From positions 5,188-69,187 of the forward strand of contig JAUYOH010000031.1 in the NCBI GenBank assembly GCA_030695925.1: a stretch of 64,000 bases of DNA, written 5' to 3'. The position numbers and the translations under genes were made by a program. Every line of letters starts with the position of its first letter. Position 1 is the first letter of the stretch. Below, piece after piece: positions 33,824 through 42,712 of the stretch. Origin of the DNA: Candidatus Omnitrophota bacterium (GTDB taxonomy: Bacteria; Omnitrophota; Gorgyraeia; Pluralincolimonadales; Pluralincolimonadaceae). Under the pieces are notes generated by a model, which saw only the letters and a list, made by a program, of their open reading frames with translations, was not told where the DNA came from and did not search any database.

Positions 33824-34978
33824 ATGGACTATTTATTAACTGAAGAACAGGTGATGATACGCGACTTGGCGCGCAAGATCGCGGTCGAGAAGGTTGCCCC
33901 GGTCGCGGCCGAGTATGACGAGAAAGAGGAGTTCCCGTGGCCTATAATAAAGATCCTCGCGGAAACCGACCTCTGCGGCGTATATATAGAGGAAAAATAC
34001 GGCGGGATGGGCGGCGGCGCTATGGAGCTCTGCCTTGTGACCGAGGAACTCTCGCGGGCTTGCGGCGGAATCGCGATATCTTTCGCGGCGACGGCGCTGG
34101 GGACATATCCTATAATATTATTCGGCAATGACGCGCAGAAACAAAAATATCTGCCGGATATAGCAAGCGGAAAAAAACTTGCGGCTTTCGGACTGACTGA
34201 AGCGGGTGCAGGCTCTGATGCCGGCGCCATAGCCATGACGGCAAGAAAAGAAGGAGATCATTATATATTAAACGGCACCAAGCAATGGATAACAAACGGC
34301 GGTGAAGCCGAGGTATACACGGTTATCGTGATGACAGACAGGGCAAAGGGCGCGAGGGGTGCCAGCGCTTTTATAGTAGAGAAGGGTACGCCGGGTTTTG
34401 ATTTCGGAAAGAAAGAGAAGAAATTGGGGATACGCGCCTCGTCTACTCGGGAACTCATCTTTAACGAGTGCAAGGTGCCGAAAGAAAATCTGCTGGGGCG
34501 CGAAGGCATGGGATTCATAGTCGCGATGCACACCTTCGATAAGTCGCGTCCGGGGGTCGCCGCGCAGGCGGTCGGCATCGCGCAGGGAGCGCTTGACCAC
34601 GCCGTAAAGTATTCGCGCGAGAGAAAGCAGTTCGGAAAGCCGATATCGGGCTTTCAGGGCGTGCAATTTATGCTCGCGGATATGGCGACCGAGACGGAAG
34701 CCGCGCGCGCGTTGACTTACGCGGTGGCAAGGATGGTGGATGCCGGCGTCAAGGATGTCGCTAAAGAATCGGCGATGGCAAAGCTCTTCGCTTCCGATAC
34801 GGCGATGAAAGTAACTACCGACGCGGTCCAGATATTCGGCGGATACGGTTATATGCGCGATTATCCGGTCGAGAAGTATATGCGCGACGCCAAGATAACC
34901 CAGATATATGAAGGCACAAACCAGATACAGCGCTCCGTGATAGCGCTAGAGTTGATCAAGGAACGTCTGAAAAAATGA
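33824..34978 (+). CDS. acyl-CoA dehydrogenase (butyryl-CoA dehydrogenase-like)
   Basis: FGLTE..AGSD, LNGTKQWITN, R.QFGKPI, QIYEGTNQIQ; SD AGGAG before ATG 33824. Confidence 0.93.
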   Translation: MDYLLTEEQVMIRDLARKIAVEKVAPVAAEYDEKEEFPWPIIKILAETDLCGVYIEEKYGGMGGGAMELCLVTEELSRACGGIAISFAATALGTYPIILFGNDAQKQKYLPDIASGKKLAAFGLTEAGAGSDAGAIAMTARKEGDHYILNGTKQWITNGGEAEVYTVIVMTDRAKGARGASAFIVEKGTPGFDFGKKEKKLGIRASSTRELIFNECKVPKENLLGREGMGFIVAMHTFDKSRPGVAAQAVGIAQGALDHAVKYSRERKQFGKPISGFQGVQFMLADMATETEAARALTYAVARMVDAGVKDVAKESAMAKLFASDTAMKVTTDAVQIFGGYGYMRDYPVEKYMRDAKITQIYEGTNQIQRSVIALELIKERLKK

Positions 34979-35772
34979 ATATAATAGTCTGTATAAAGCA
35001 GGTCCCCGATACGCAGGATATCAGGATAAATCCCGAGACGAATACTTTGATGCGCGAAGGCGTACAGTCGATAGTCAATCCTTTTGATATGTATGCTATC
35101 GAGGAAGCCTTAAGGATAAAGGAGAAGTTGGGCGGAAAAGTTACCGTCATTACGATGGGGCCCGATCAGGCGCAGGAAGCGCTGCGCGAAGCGGTCTCGA
35201 TGGGCGCGGACGAGATAATCCTAATGTCGGATCGGGCCTTCGCCGGTGCCGATACGTGGGTTACCAGTTATACGCTCGCGAAGGGAATCGAGAAATTAGG
35301 CAAATACGATTTGATAATCTGCGGAAAGCAGGCCATAGACGGAGATACGGCGCAAGTCGGCCCCGGCATCGCGGCACAGCTTGATATACCGCAGGTTACC
35401 TACGTGAAGAAGACGGAGGAGATAAAGGAGGGCATGGCCAGATTCGAACGTATGACCGAAGAAGGTTATGAGATCATCGAGACGCCGCTTCCTTGTCTGA
35501 TTACCGTCGTAAAAGAGATAAATATACCGCGGATGCCTTCACTCAAAGGAAAAATACGCGCGAAACAGGCACCCGTCGTTAAACTTGCCGCCAAGGACAT
35601 AACCGCTGAGCCCGGTAAACTCGGCTTGAAGGGTTCTCCCACGGTCGTAGACAAGATATTTGTTCCTCAGAAGAGGGCAGGCGGACAAATATTGCAGGGC
35701 GAGACGCAGGAAGTGGTAAATAAACTTGTAGAGGCGTTGAAGGACGTCGTAATTTCAGCGGGTAAGACATAA
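34975..35772 (+). CDS. etfB: electron transfer flavoprotein beta subunit
   Basis: IKQVPDT, FAGADT, GKQAIDGDTAQVGP. Confidence 0.96.
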   Translation: MNIIVCIKQVPDTQDIRINPETNTLMREGVQSIVNPFDMYAIEEALRIKEKLGGKVTVITMGPDQAQEALREAVSMGADEIILMSDRAFAGADTWVTSYTLAKGIEKLGKYDLIICGKQAIDGDTAQVGPGIAAQLDIPQVTYVKKTEEIKEGMARFERMTEEGYEIIETPLPCLITVVKEINIPRMPSLKGKIRAKQAPVVKLAAKDITAEPGKLGLKGSPTVVDKIFVPQKRAGGQILQGETQEVVNKLVEALKDVVISAGKT

Positions 35773-35773
35773 A

Positions 35774-37000
35774 ATGGCCGAACAGAATAATCCTCAAGAG
35801 TGTTCCATACGTATATTACTGGATAAATGTACGGGATGCACGTTGTGCGTTAAGAGCTGTCCGTTTGGCGCGATAACCATGCAGGACAAAAAGGCCGTCA
35901 TCGATTTCGGGAAGTGCACGTTATGCGGCGCGTGTGTGGCGACGTGCAAGTTCAAGGCGATAGAGCTTACTATCTGTAAGGTCCAGCCGAAAGCGGATTT
36001 GAGCGCCTACAAGGGCGTCTGGGTATTCGGCGAGCAGAAGAAAGGTAAAGTACAGAGCGTTGCATTCGAACTCTTGGGAGAAGGAAGGAAACTCGCCGAT
36101 GGGTTGGGCACCGAACTCGCCTGCGTATTGATAGGCGACGGTATGCAGCAGAAGGCGGAGGAGCTCTTTTGGCGCGGCGCCGACAAAATCTATCTGGTGG
36201 AAGATCCGAGGGTAAAAAATTATCAGGACGAGCCGTATACAAATATAATAGTCGAGTTAATAAAAGAGTTCAAACCAGAGATAGTCCTTTACGGCGCTAC
36301 TTCTATCGGAAGGTCGCTCGCGTCACGCATCGCGGTTAAAGTATACACGGGTTTGACCGCCGATTGCACTAAATTAGATATCGACAAAGAGAAGCGCCTT
36401 CTTCTCCAGACGCGTCCCGCGTTCGGCGGTAATATCATGGCTACGATCCTTTGCACAAATTATCGTCCGCAGATGGCGACTGTACGCCACAAGGTGATGA
36501 AGGAAGCGCCGGAAGACAAATCGCGGAAAGGTCAGATAATAAAGAAGACCTATCCCGATAGCGTATACGCCTCACGCACCAAATTAATCGATATAATCGA
36601 AGAGATATCCGAGACCGTAAACTTAGCCGAGGCCAATATAATAGTCTCGGGCGGCAGAGGGCTTGGCAAGGCCGAAGGTTTTAAGATTATTGAGGAACTC
36701 GCCAAGGTATTAGGCGGAGCCGTCGGGGCGTCGCGTTCGGCGGTAGACGCCGAATGGATACCTTATTCCCATCAGGTCGGCCAGACAGGCAAGACCGTAT
36801 GTCCCAAGGTCTATTTCGCGTGCGGGATATCAGGCCAGATCCAGCATCTGGCAGGTATGTCATCTTCGGATATAATAGTCGCGATAAATAAAGATCCCAA
36901 CGCGCCTATCTTCTCGGTGGCGACCTACGGTATAGTCGGTGACGCATATGAAGTCGTCCCCGCCTTAACTCAGAAATTCAGAGAAATTTTAAAGAAGTAG
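35774..37000 (+). CDS. etfA: electron transfer flavoprotein alpha subunit with N-terminal 2x[4Fe-4S] domain
   Basis: two CxxCxxCxxxC motifs, GLTADCT, TRPAFGGN, QVGQTG, GISG.IQH. Confidence 0.95.
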   Translation: MAEQNNPQECSIRILLDKCTGCTLCVKSCPFGAITMQDKKAVIDFGKCTLCGACVATCKFKAIELTICKVQPKADLSAYKGVWVFGEQKKGKVQSVAFELLGEGRKLADGLGTELACVLIGDGMQQKAEELFWRGADKIYLVEDPRVKNYQDEPYTNIIVELIKEFKPEIVLYGATSIGRSLASRIAVKVYTGLTADCTKLDIDKEKRLLLQTRPAFGGNIMATILCTNYRPQMATVRHKVMKEAPEDKSRKGQIIKKTYPDSVYASRTKLIDIIEEISETVNLAEANIIVSGGRGLGKAEGFKIIEELAKVLGGAVGASRSAVDAEWIPYSHQVGQTGKTVCPKVYFACGISGQIQHLAGMSSSDIIVAINKDPNAPIFSVATYGIVGDAYEVVPALTQKFREILKK

Positions 37001-37017
37001 CTCACAATACGTAGTTC

Positions 37018-37060
37018 ATAATAATGATGCCCTTTCCCACGAGGGCATCATTATTATTTT
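37018..37060 (+). terminator. intrinsic terminator after etfA
   Basis: 16-bp perfect stem ataataatgatgccct/agggcatcattattat followed by T's. Confidence 0.8.
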
Positions 37061-37116
37061 ATACCTTTATTTTTGTTATTTTGTGTGATATATTTAAGTA
37101 AATAGGATGACAGGCG

Positions 37117-37815
37117 ATGTTAAAAGATAGTTTTAAAATATTTTTAATTGCTTTGTGCTATCTTTCTTTTTTTCTTGTTCCCCCTTCCCGTGCGGAGAAT
37201 TTTATCCTCAATAGTAGCTTCGAAGATACGTTGGAAAACAAGAATCCGGTCGCGAGTAAGGATGCCGATGGCATTAAATACTGGATGCGATGGCTGCATC
37301 AAAATAATGAACGTTCAGATATAGCCGCCCATACCGGAAAATATTCATTTAAGAATTGGGAGAGCGGCGGCATATATCAAAATTTCGCGGCGCCGATAGA
37401 AAAAGGCAAGACCTACCGAATCAGTTGTTATATGTATACCCCAACCAGCGACCGCCTCAAAGGCGGCTCATACGAAATAATAAAGTTAGAGTGGTTAGAT
37501 ACAAATGGTGTCGTCATGGGGCCGGATACGGTTCAGAGCCCCCATTTCGACAGCAACATGCCAGCCGATACTTGGCATTTAATATCCGTACAGGGGAGTG
37601 CTCCTGAAAAAGCGGTAAACGGACGAGCGGTCCTGGAATTCATACCGTCCCAAGGCGGTTCAGGTGCGATATTTTGCGATGATGTAGAAGTCGAGGTCCT
37701 TGGCGGGGAGGGAGGCCAATTGACGGTATCTAAAGAAGAGATTAAGAAGGAAGAGGTGGTAAAGGAAGAGGTGGTAAATGAAAAGGAAGACGAAACTATA
37801 GATTGGCAATGGTAA
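37117..37815 (+). CDS. exported protein with CBM4/9-like (galactose-binding fold) domain and acidic tail
   Basis: signal peptide ending SRA; N.ILNSSFE, AHTGKYS, DDV pattern; fold inferred. Confidence 0.6.
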   Translation: MLKDSFKIFLIALCYLSFFLVPPSRAENFILNSSFEDTLENKNPVASKDADGIKYWMRWLHQNNERSDIAAHTGKYSFKNWESGGIYQNFAAPIEKGKTYRISCYMYTPTSDRLKGGSYEIIKLEWLDTNGVVMGPDTVQSPHFDSNMPADTWHLISVQGSAPEKAVNGRAVLEFIPSQGGSGAIFCDDVEVEVLGGEGGQLTVSKEEIKKEEVVKEEVVNEKEDETIDWQW

Positions 37816-40265
37816 AGCCCTTATTACTCGCAGTATTATTTTCTTTCTTGTCGCTAACCGTTATAAATTTAGCGAATGCCGAAACAGACAGCGAGCTATT
37901 TTCCCGCGGAGAAAAATTTTTAAATAATAGCGAATTCGACAGCGCTATTAAAACTTTTCAGACCTTAATAGATAAATATCCTTATAGCAAATTCATCCCA
38001 TATGCCATTTATGATCAGGCCCTCGCTTTTTTGGAGATCGGTGAATACCAACAGGCGGAAGCGAATTTCAAGAGGATCGGCAAAGACTTTGCATATTTAA
38101 AAGATTTAATACCGAAGGCCCAGTTTGGGTTGGCAGAATGTTATTTAAGGATGGGGAAGGACGACCTGGCGGATTCGATCTATAGTTCCTTATTAAATAA
38201 GGATTTAGCCAAGGCGCCCGATGTGCTTTTTAACAAGGCATGGGTTTATTATAAGCAGAATAAATGGGATTTAGCGGCCGCATTTTTTAAAAGAATGGTC
38301 GAGCGCTATCCGACCGATCAGAAGGCATTAGACGCAAAGTTTATGCTGGCCAGCATCTATAAAGAGCAAGGAAGATATAAAAGGGCGGTAGATGTTTTTA
38401 AGACGATACCCAAGGATTCAAAGTTGGCCAACGATACCTATTTTAATCTGGGCGAGATCGCGTTTACGGTCAAGAATTATTCTAAGGCGGTAGAATTTTT
38501 CCGCAACGTAAAGCCCAAAAGCGAGATTTTCGGAGAAAAGGCAAATTTGGCAGAACTCGCGCGGTATCAAACGGGGCTGGCTTATTATGAACAGGGCAAA
38601 ATATATGAGGCGCGGATAATATGTGAGGATTTTCTGGAGAGATATCCCGAAAGTAAATTGACAAAGGATGTGTGCCATCTATTGGTCATCACTTATTTAA
38701 AACAAAGAAAAGTTGACGAGGCGGCCCAGGCATATAAAGATTACTCGCGCCTTGACCCGGAGGGCGCGCGGAAACTTAATATAAATTTCTTCATAGGGGA
38801 ATCCTTTTACGAAAAGGGCGAATATAAAGAGGCAATAGGATTTTATCAAAAGCAACTTGCGGAATCCAAAGAGGCCGAGTATACCGAGAAGGGCCTGGCG
38901 AGATTAGGGGAAAGCCACTTTTACCTTAATGACTATACTAAGGCAGAAGAGGCCTATAAGGAATATCTCAAGACGTATCCGAACGGGCCGTCAGCGCCGC
39001 ATTTCGCTTTTAGATTGGCGTATATCTTCGCGACTCAAAATAATTACGCTTCGGCGCTGAAGCTCTATAAGATGATCGAGGAGAAGTTCCCTAAGTTGGA
39101 GTATATAGATAATGTGATTTATAACATAGGGTGGTGCTATTCCCGGTCGGGAGAGTCCGGTGAAGCGCTGGCCTATTTTAAAAAATTCATAGAGAGCTAT
39201 CCGGAAAACAAATTGGCGTCGGCCACTACGTATGAGATCGGGAATATATATTTTAATAACAGGCAATACGCTCAAGCCGCCGAGTATTATAAGCAATTGG
39301 TTGAGAAATATCCCCAAAGCGAAACAATAGAAGCTGCTTCGTATCGGCTGGGCATCAGCTATCTATATTCCTCAAAACGGGATGAGGCATTGAACGAACT
39401 GAAGATCTTCTTAAACAAGAATCCTACCAGCCCATTAGCCGTTGAAGTCATAGATAGTATTTACAATATCTATTTGAACCAGAAAAAATACAGGGAAGGA
39501 ATCGCGGCCTTCGAGGAGCTGGCGAAAAAACATTCCCAGCAAAAAGCCATCTTGGCGGAACTGTACAGTTGCCTTGCAAATCTCTACCTTATTTCCGGAG
39601 ATTCGCCGCATGCCACCAAGACCGTGCAGGAAATGCTGTCGGCATATAATGATTTTTCAGATACGTCTCCTTCTGAAAATGCCGCTTATTCCATCGGCCA
39701 AATTTTAGTCGAAGCAAACAATAGTTCAGAGGCCGTTAAATTTTATAGCGACATTTTAGCCAGATATAAAGATGATACGCTGACCGAAGTGTCTTTATTC
39801 GGGAGGGGACAAGCGTATCTAAAATTAAAGTCATGGCAGGATGCAGCCGGAGATTTCAGCGAATTAATGTTTAAATATCCCAACACAAAATATGCGAGCA
39901 GAGCCAAATTAGGGATCGCGAATTCCTATTATAATCGCGATATCTTTAGCGAAGCGGTCAGATATTATAAAGATGTCGTCGATAATTACAAGGATGAGAC
40001 AACGGCCGAGGCCCTCTTCAAATTAGGCGACAGCTATTTTGCGCAAAAAAAATATGCTGAGTCCTTGCCAAACTTCCAGCGGGTTGCTATACTATATCCG
40101 CATCGCGAAGAATTGGCCGCCGAGTCCTTGCTTAAAGCCGGAGAATGCCAGGACAAACTGGGAAACAAGCAGGAAGCAAAAGCTTTATACGAGAAGCTCG
40201 TAGTCAAATACCCTAAAACGGAGGAAGCGAAAAAGGCGCAGGAGAGATTAAGGTCAATAAAGTAA
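37809..40265 (+). CDS. large exported tetratricopeptide-repeat protein
   Basis: signal peptide (ANA); many TPR_6/CpoB-like repeats ending ..KYP. Confidence 0.88.
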   Translation: MVKPLLLAVLFSFLSLTVINLANAETDSELFSRGEKFLNNSEFDSAIKTFQTLIDKYPYSKFIPYAIYDQALAFLEIGEYQQAEANFKRIGKDFAYLKDLIPKAQFGLAECYLRMGKDDLADSIYSSLLNKDLAKAPDVLFNKAWVYYKQNKWDLAAAFFKRMVERYPTDQKALDAKFMLASIYKEQGRYKRAVDVFKTIPKDSKLANDTYFNLGEIAFTVKNYSKAVEFFRNVKPKSEIFGEKANLAELARYQTGLAYYEQGKIYEARIICEDFLERYPESKLTKDVCHLLVITYLKQRKVDEAAQAYKDYSRLDPEGARKLNINFFIGESFYEKGEYKEAIGFYQKQLAESKEAEYTEKGLARLGESHFYLNDYTKAEEAYKEYLKTYPNGPSAPHFAFRLAYIFATQNNYASALKLYKMIEEKFPKLEYIDNVIYNIGWCYSRSGESGEALAYFKKFIESYPENKLASATTYEIGNIYFNNRQYAQAAEYYKQLVEKYPQSETIEAASYRLGISYLYSSKRDEALNELKIFLNKNPTSPLAVEVIDSIYNIYLNQKKYREGIAAFEELAKKHSQQKAILAELYSCLANLYLISGDSPHATKTVQEMLSAYNDFSDTSPSENAAYSIGQILVEANNSSEAVKFYSDILARYKDDTLTEVSLFGRGQAYLKLKSWQDAAGDFSELMFKYPNTKYASRAKLGIANSYYNRDIFSEAVRYYKDVVDNYKDETTAEALFKLGDSYFAQKKYAESLPNFQRVAILYPHREELAAESLLKAGECQDKLGNKQEAKALYEKLVVKYPKTEEAKKAQERLRSIK

Positions 40266-41101
40266 TGACAGTCAAAAAATTTAAACTACTTTTTAAGTTT
40301 TTATTTATGTGCCTTTTATTAAGGTGCGCTTTATCTTTTGCGCAGGACGAGATCATATTGAAAAACGGCAACGTTATAAGAGGTTCTATATTAAAAACGG
40401 ATAAGTCCGGTTTGAGCATAGAACTCTCTGAACCAAAAGCGATTATAGTGGTACCGCTGGCGAATATAGATAAGTTCAGGATAGAAATGCCGGATTTCTT
40501 CCGTATAGCGGAGGATTATTATCTCGCTAAAAAATATGATCAGGCTTACCCGCTCTATTTAAAGACTATTCAAAAATATGGGGGGTTTAACTGGGGAGAG
40601 GATGCCTATTTTAAGGCAGCCGATTGCCAGGTAAAGACAGGCGATGTCCCTAAAGCGATAGAGCTCTATAATGATTACATCGGTGATTATCCGGACGCCA
40701 AATTGGTAAATAAAGCCAGGATGAACTTAGCGGCTCTTTTATCCGGAAAGGGCGATTATGACAGCGCGATAAAAATTTACGACGCGGTGATACGTTCAAA
40801 AGATGAATTAAGCCGTCCCGATGCCTATTATGGAAGCGCGGAATCCTATTTTGCTCAAGGCGCATATGAGCAGGCTTTGGTTAATTACCTTAAGATAGAG
40901 GTGCTTTATTACGATAAGAGTAATTTAGTCGCGAATGCTAAATTTAAAAGCGGAGAATGTTATGAGAAATTAGGTGCAGGCGAAAAGGCGCTGGTAACTT
41001 ATAGGGAGATAATAGCTGGATTTCCTAAAAGCGACTTCGCCGGCAAATCGAAGGCTAAACTAAAGAAGTTAGAAGAAAGGGGGAAGAAAGATGCTACGTA
41101 A
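40265..41101 (+). CDS. exported TPR protein with N-terminal D.I.LKNG..I.G.I domain
   Basis: signal peptide (SFA) and TPR helices. Confidence 0.8.
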   Translation: MTVKKFKLLFKFLFMCLLLRCALSFAQDEIILKNGNVIRGSILKTDKSGLSIELSEPKAIIVVPLANIDKFRIEMPDFFRIAEDYYLAKKYDQAYPLYLKTIQKYGGFNWGEDAYFKAADCQVKTGDVPKAIELYNDYIGDYPDAKLVNKARMNLAALLSGKGDYDSAIKIYDAVIRSKDELSRPDAYYGSAESYFAQGAYEQALVNYLKIEVLYYDKSNLVANAKFKSGECYEKLGAGEKALVTYREIIAGFPKSDFAGKSKAKLKKLEERGKKDAT

Positions 41102-41825
41102 AAATGCGGTGAGGATTATCGGTTTTGTATCGTTGTCGGTGATGGTTTTATTTGCGTTTTCCGCGATGGCGGAAGATGCTGCCGCCACGTCCGCGCCGAA
41201 AGCCATGACATTATGGGATACATGGGTAGCCGGCGGCTGGTGTATGCCCCCGATCGCATTATGTTCGGTGTTCGGCGTGGCCCTGATAATAGAAATGTTC
41301 ATTGTATTGCGCAAATCCGAGATGTTGCCGATTGATTATCTGGGGGCGGTCAAGATGGCGATAAAGAACGGGGATATACAGGGGGCAATAAATTTAGGCA
41401 GCTTAAGAAAAGGTTTCCTGGCCAATGTCATCCAGGCAGGGCTCGAAAAAAACGGCCAAGAATTACAGATCATCCAGGATGCGATGACCATGTCAGGCGT
41501 CAAGGAGGCAACGAGCCTTCAGCAGAGGATCGGCTACCTTTCATCGATAGGCACGATCTCGCCGATGCTCGGTCTGCTCGGGACAGTTTTTGGTATGATC
41601 TCGTCATTCAATGTAATCGCCTTCCAGGCGGGGTTGGGCAAGCCGACGTTATTGGCCAAAGGCGTCGCCGAGGCCCTGATCACTACCGCGTTCGGATTGA
41701 TCGTAGGTATTCCGGTTATGGCCTTCTTTTTTTATTTCCGTAATAAGGCCAATGAGATAACCACGGAGATAGAGATCAATGCCAGTGAGGTCGCGCTGTT
41801 GCTGGCCGGAAAGACAAAGGGATAA
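41091..41825 (+). CDS. MotA/TolQ/ExbB proton channel protein
   Basis: SPMLGLLGTVFGMI, GVAEALITTAFGL; N-terminal signal-like extension. Confidence 0.93.
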   Translation: MLRKNAVRIIGFVSLSVMVLFAFSAMAEDAAATSAPKAMTLWDTWVAGGWCMPPIALCSVFGVALIIEMFIVLRKSEMLPIDYLGAVKMAIKNGDIQGAINLGSLRKGFLANVIQAGLEKNGQELQIIQDAMTMSGVKEATSLQQRIGYLSSIGTISPMLGLLGTVFGMISSFNVIAFQAGLGKPTLLAKGVAEALITTAFGLIVGIPVMAFFFYFRNKANEITTEIEINASEVALLLAGKTKG

Positions 41826-41829
41826 AGAA

Positions 41830-42240
41830 ATGAGATTCACAAAAAAAGAGCAGGAAGAGCCCGGGTTCCAGATGGCGCCGATGATCGACTGCGTATTCCT
41901 GTTGCTGATATATTTCATGTGCGTATCCAGTTTCCATCAATTGGAATCGATCGAAAGTATACAATTGCCCGTTGCGGACCAATCCCGGGCCGCTGAAGGA
42001 GCGGAGCAGAAGGTTTCAATAAATATTAAAAGCGACGGGGCGATAATCATGAACCAGAATATATACGAGCCCGAACAACTCGCGAAAGTGTTGTCCGGGA
42101 CCGGGATAAAACAAACGATCGTAATAAGGGCGGATAAAATTGTCCCGCATAGCAGGGTCCTCGATGTTTTGAGCGCCTGCGCCGCGGCGGGGATCTGGGA
42201 TATATCGTTTGCTACCTATCAGGAAGAGCCAAAAAAATGA
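41830..42240 (+). CDS. ExbD/TolR family protein 1
   Basis: MAPMIDCVFLLLIYF with TM Asp; IRAD motif. Confidence 0.92.
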   Translation: MRFTKKEQEEPGFQMAPMIDCVFLLLIYFMCVSSFHQLESIESIQLPVADQSRAAEGAEQKVSINIKSDGAIIMNQNIYEPEQLAKVLSGTGIKQTIVIRADKIVPHSRVLDVLSACAAAGIWDISFATYQEEPKK

Positions 42241-42249
42241 GACGGGAAA

Positions 42250-42696
42250 ATGAGATTTTTTAAGGGCGGTAACGAAGAGCCCGGGTTCCAGATGGCGCCG
42301 ATGATCGACTGCGTGTTCCTGTTGCTGATATTCTTCATGTGTTCTTCCAGCTTTACGGCGCCTGAGGCCGAGCTGAACATAGATCTGCCGGCGGTATCGA
42401 CCAAGACACAGGCAAAGATCGGGGAAGATGTAATAGTAAATGTCCTGTCGGACGGCAGTATTATGGTGAATGAGAAACAATACGGCAGCCCGGAATCAAA
42501 GGATATCCCCGAATTGGTGACGATGTTGACCGATTTGACTCAGATATTCGAAACTCAGCCGGTCATAATATTCGCCGACCCGGACGTTTCGCATGAAAGG
42601 GTAGTAGACGTTCTAAACGCCTGCGCCGCGGCGAAGATAAAGTCGGTGTCTTTTCTTGTTCCCGAAGAGCGTATTTTAAAGATCAGCAACAGATAA
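42250..42696 (+). CDS. ExbD/TolR family protein 2
   Basis: MAPMIDCVFLLLIFF with TM Asp; IDLP, IFAD. Confidence 0.92.
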   Translation: MRFFKGGNEEPGFQMAPMIDCVFLLLIFFMCSSSFTAPEAELNIDLPAVSTKTQAKIGEDVIVNVLSDGSIMVNEKQYGSPESKDIPELVTMLTDLTQIFETQPVIIFADPDVSHERVVDVLNACAAAKIKSVSFLVPEERILKISNR

Positions 42697-42712
42697 AAGA
42701 TCAAAGCAAGGA

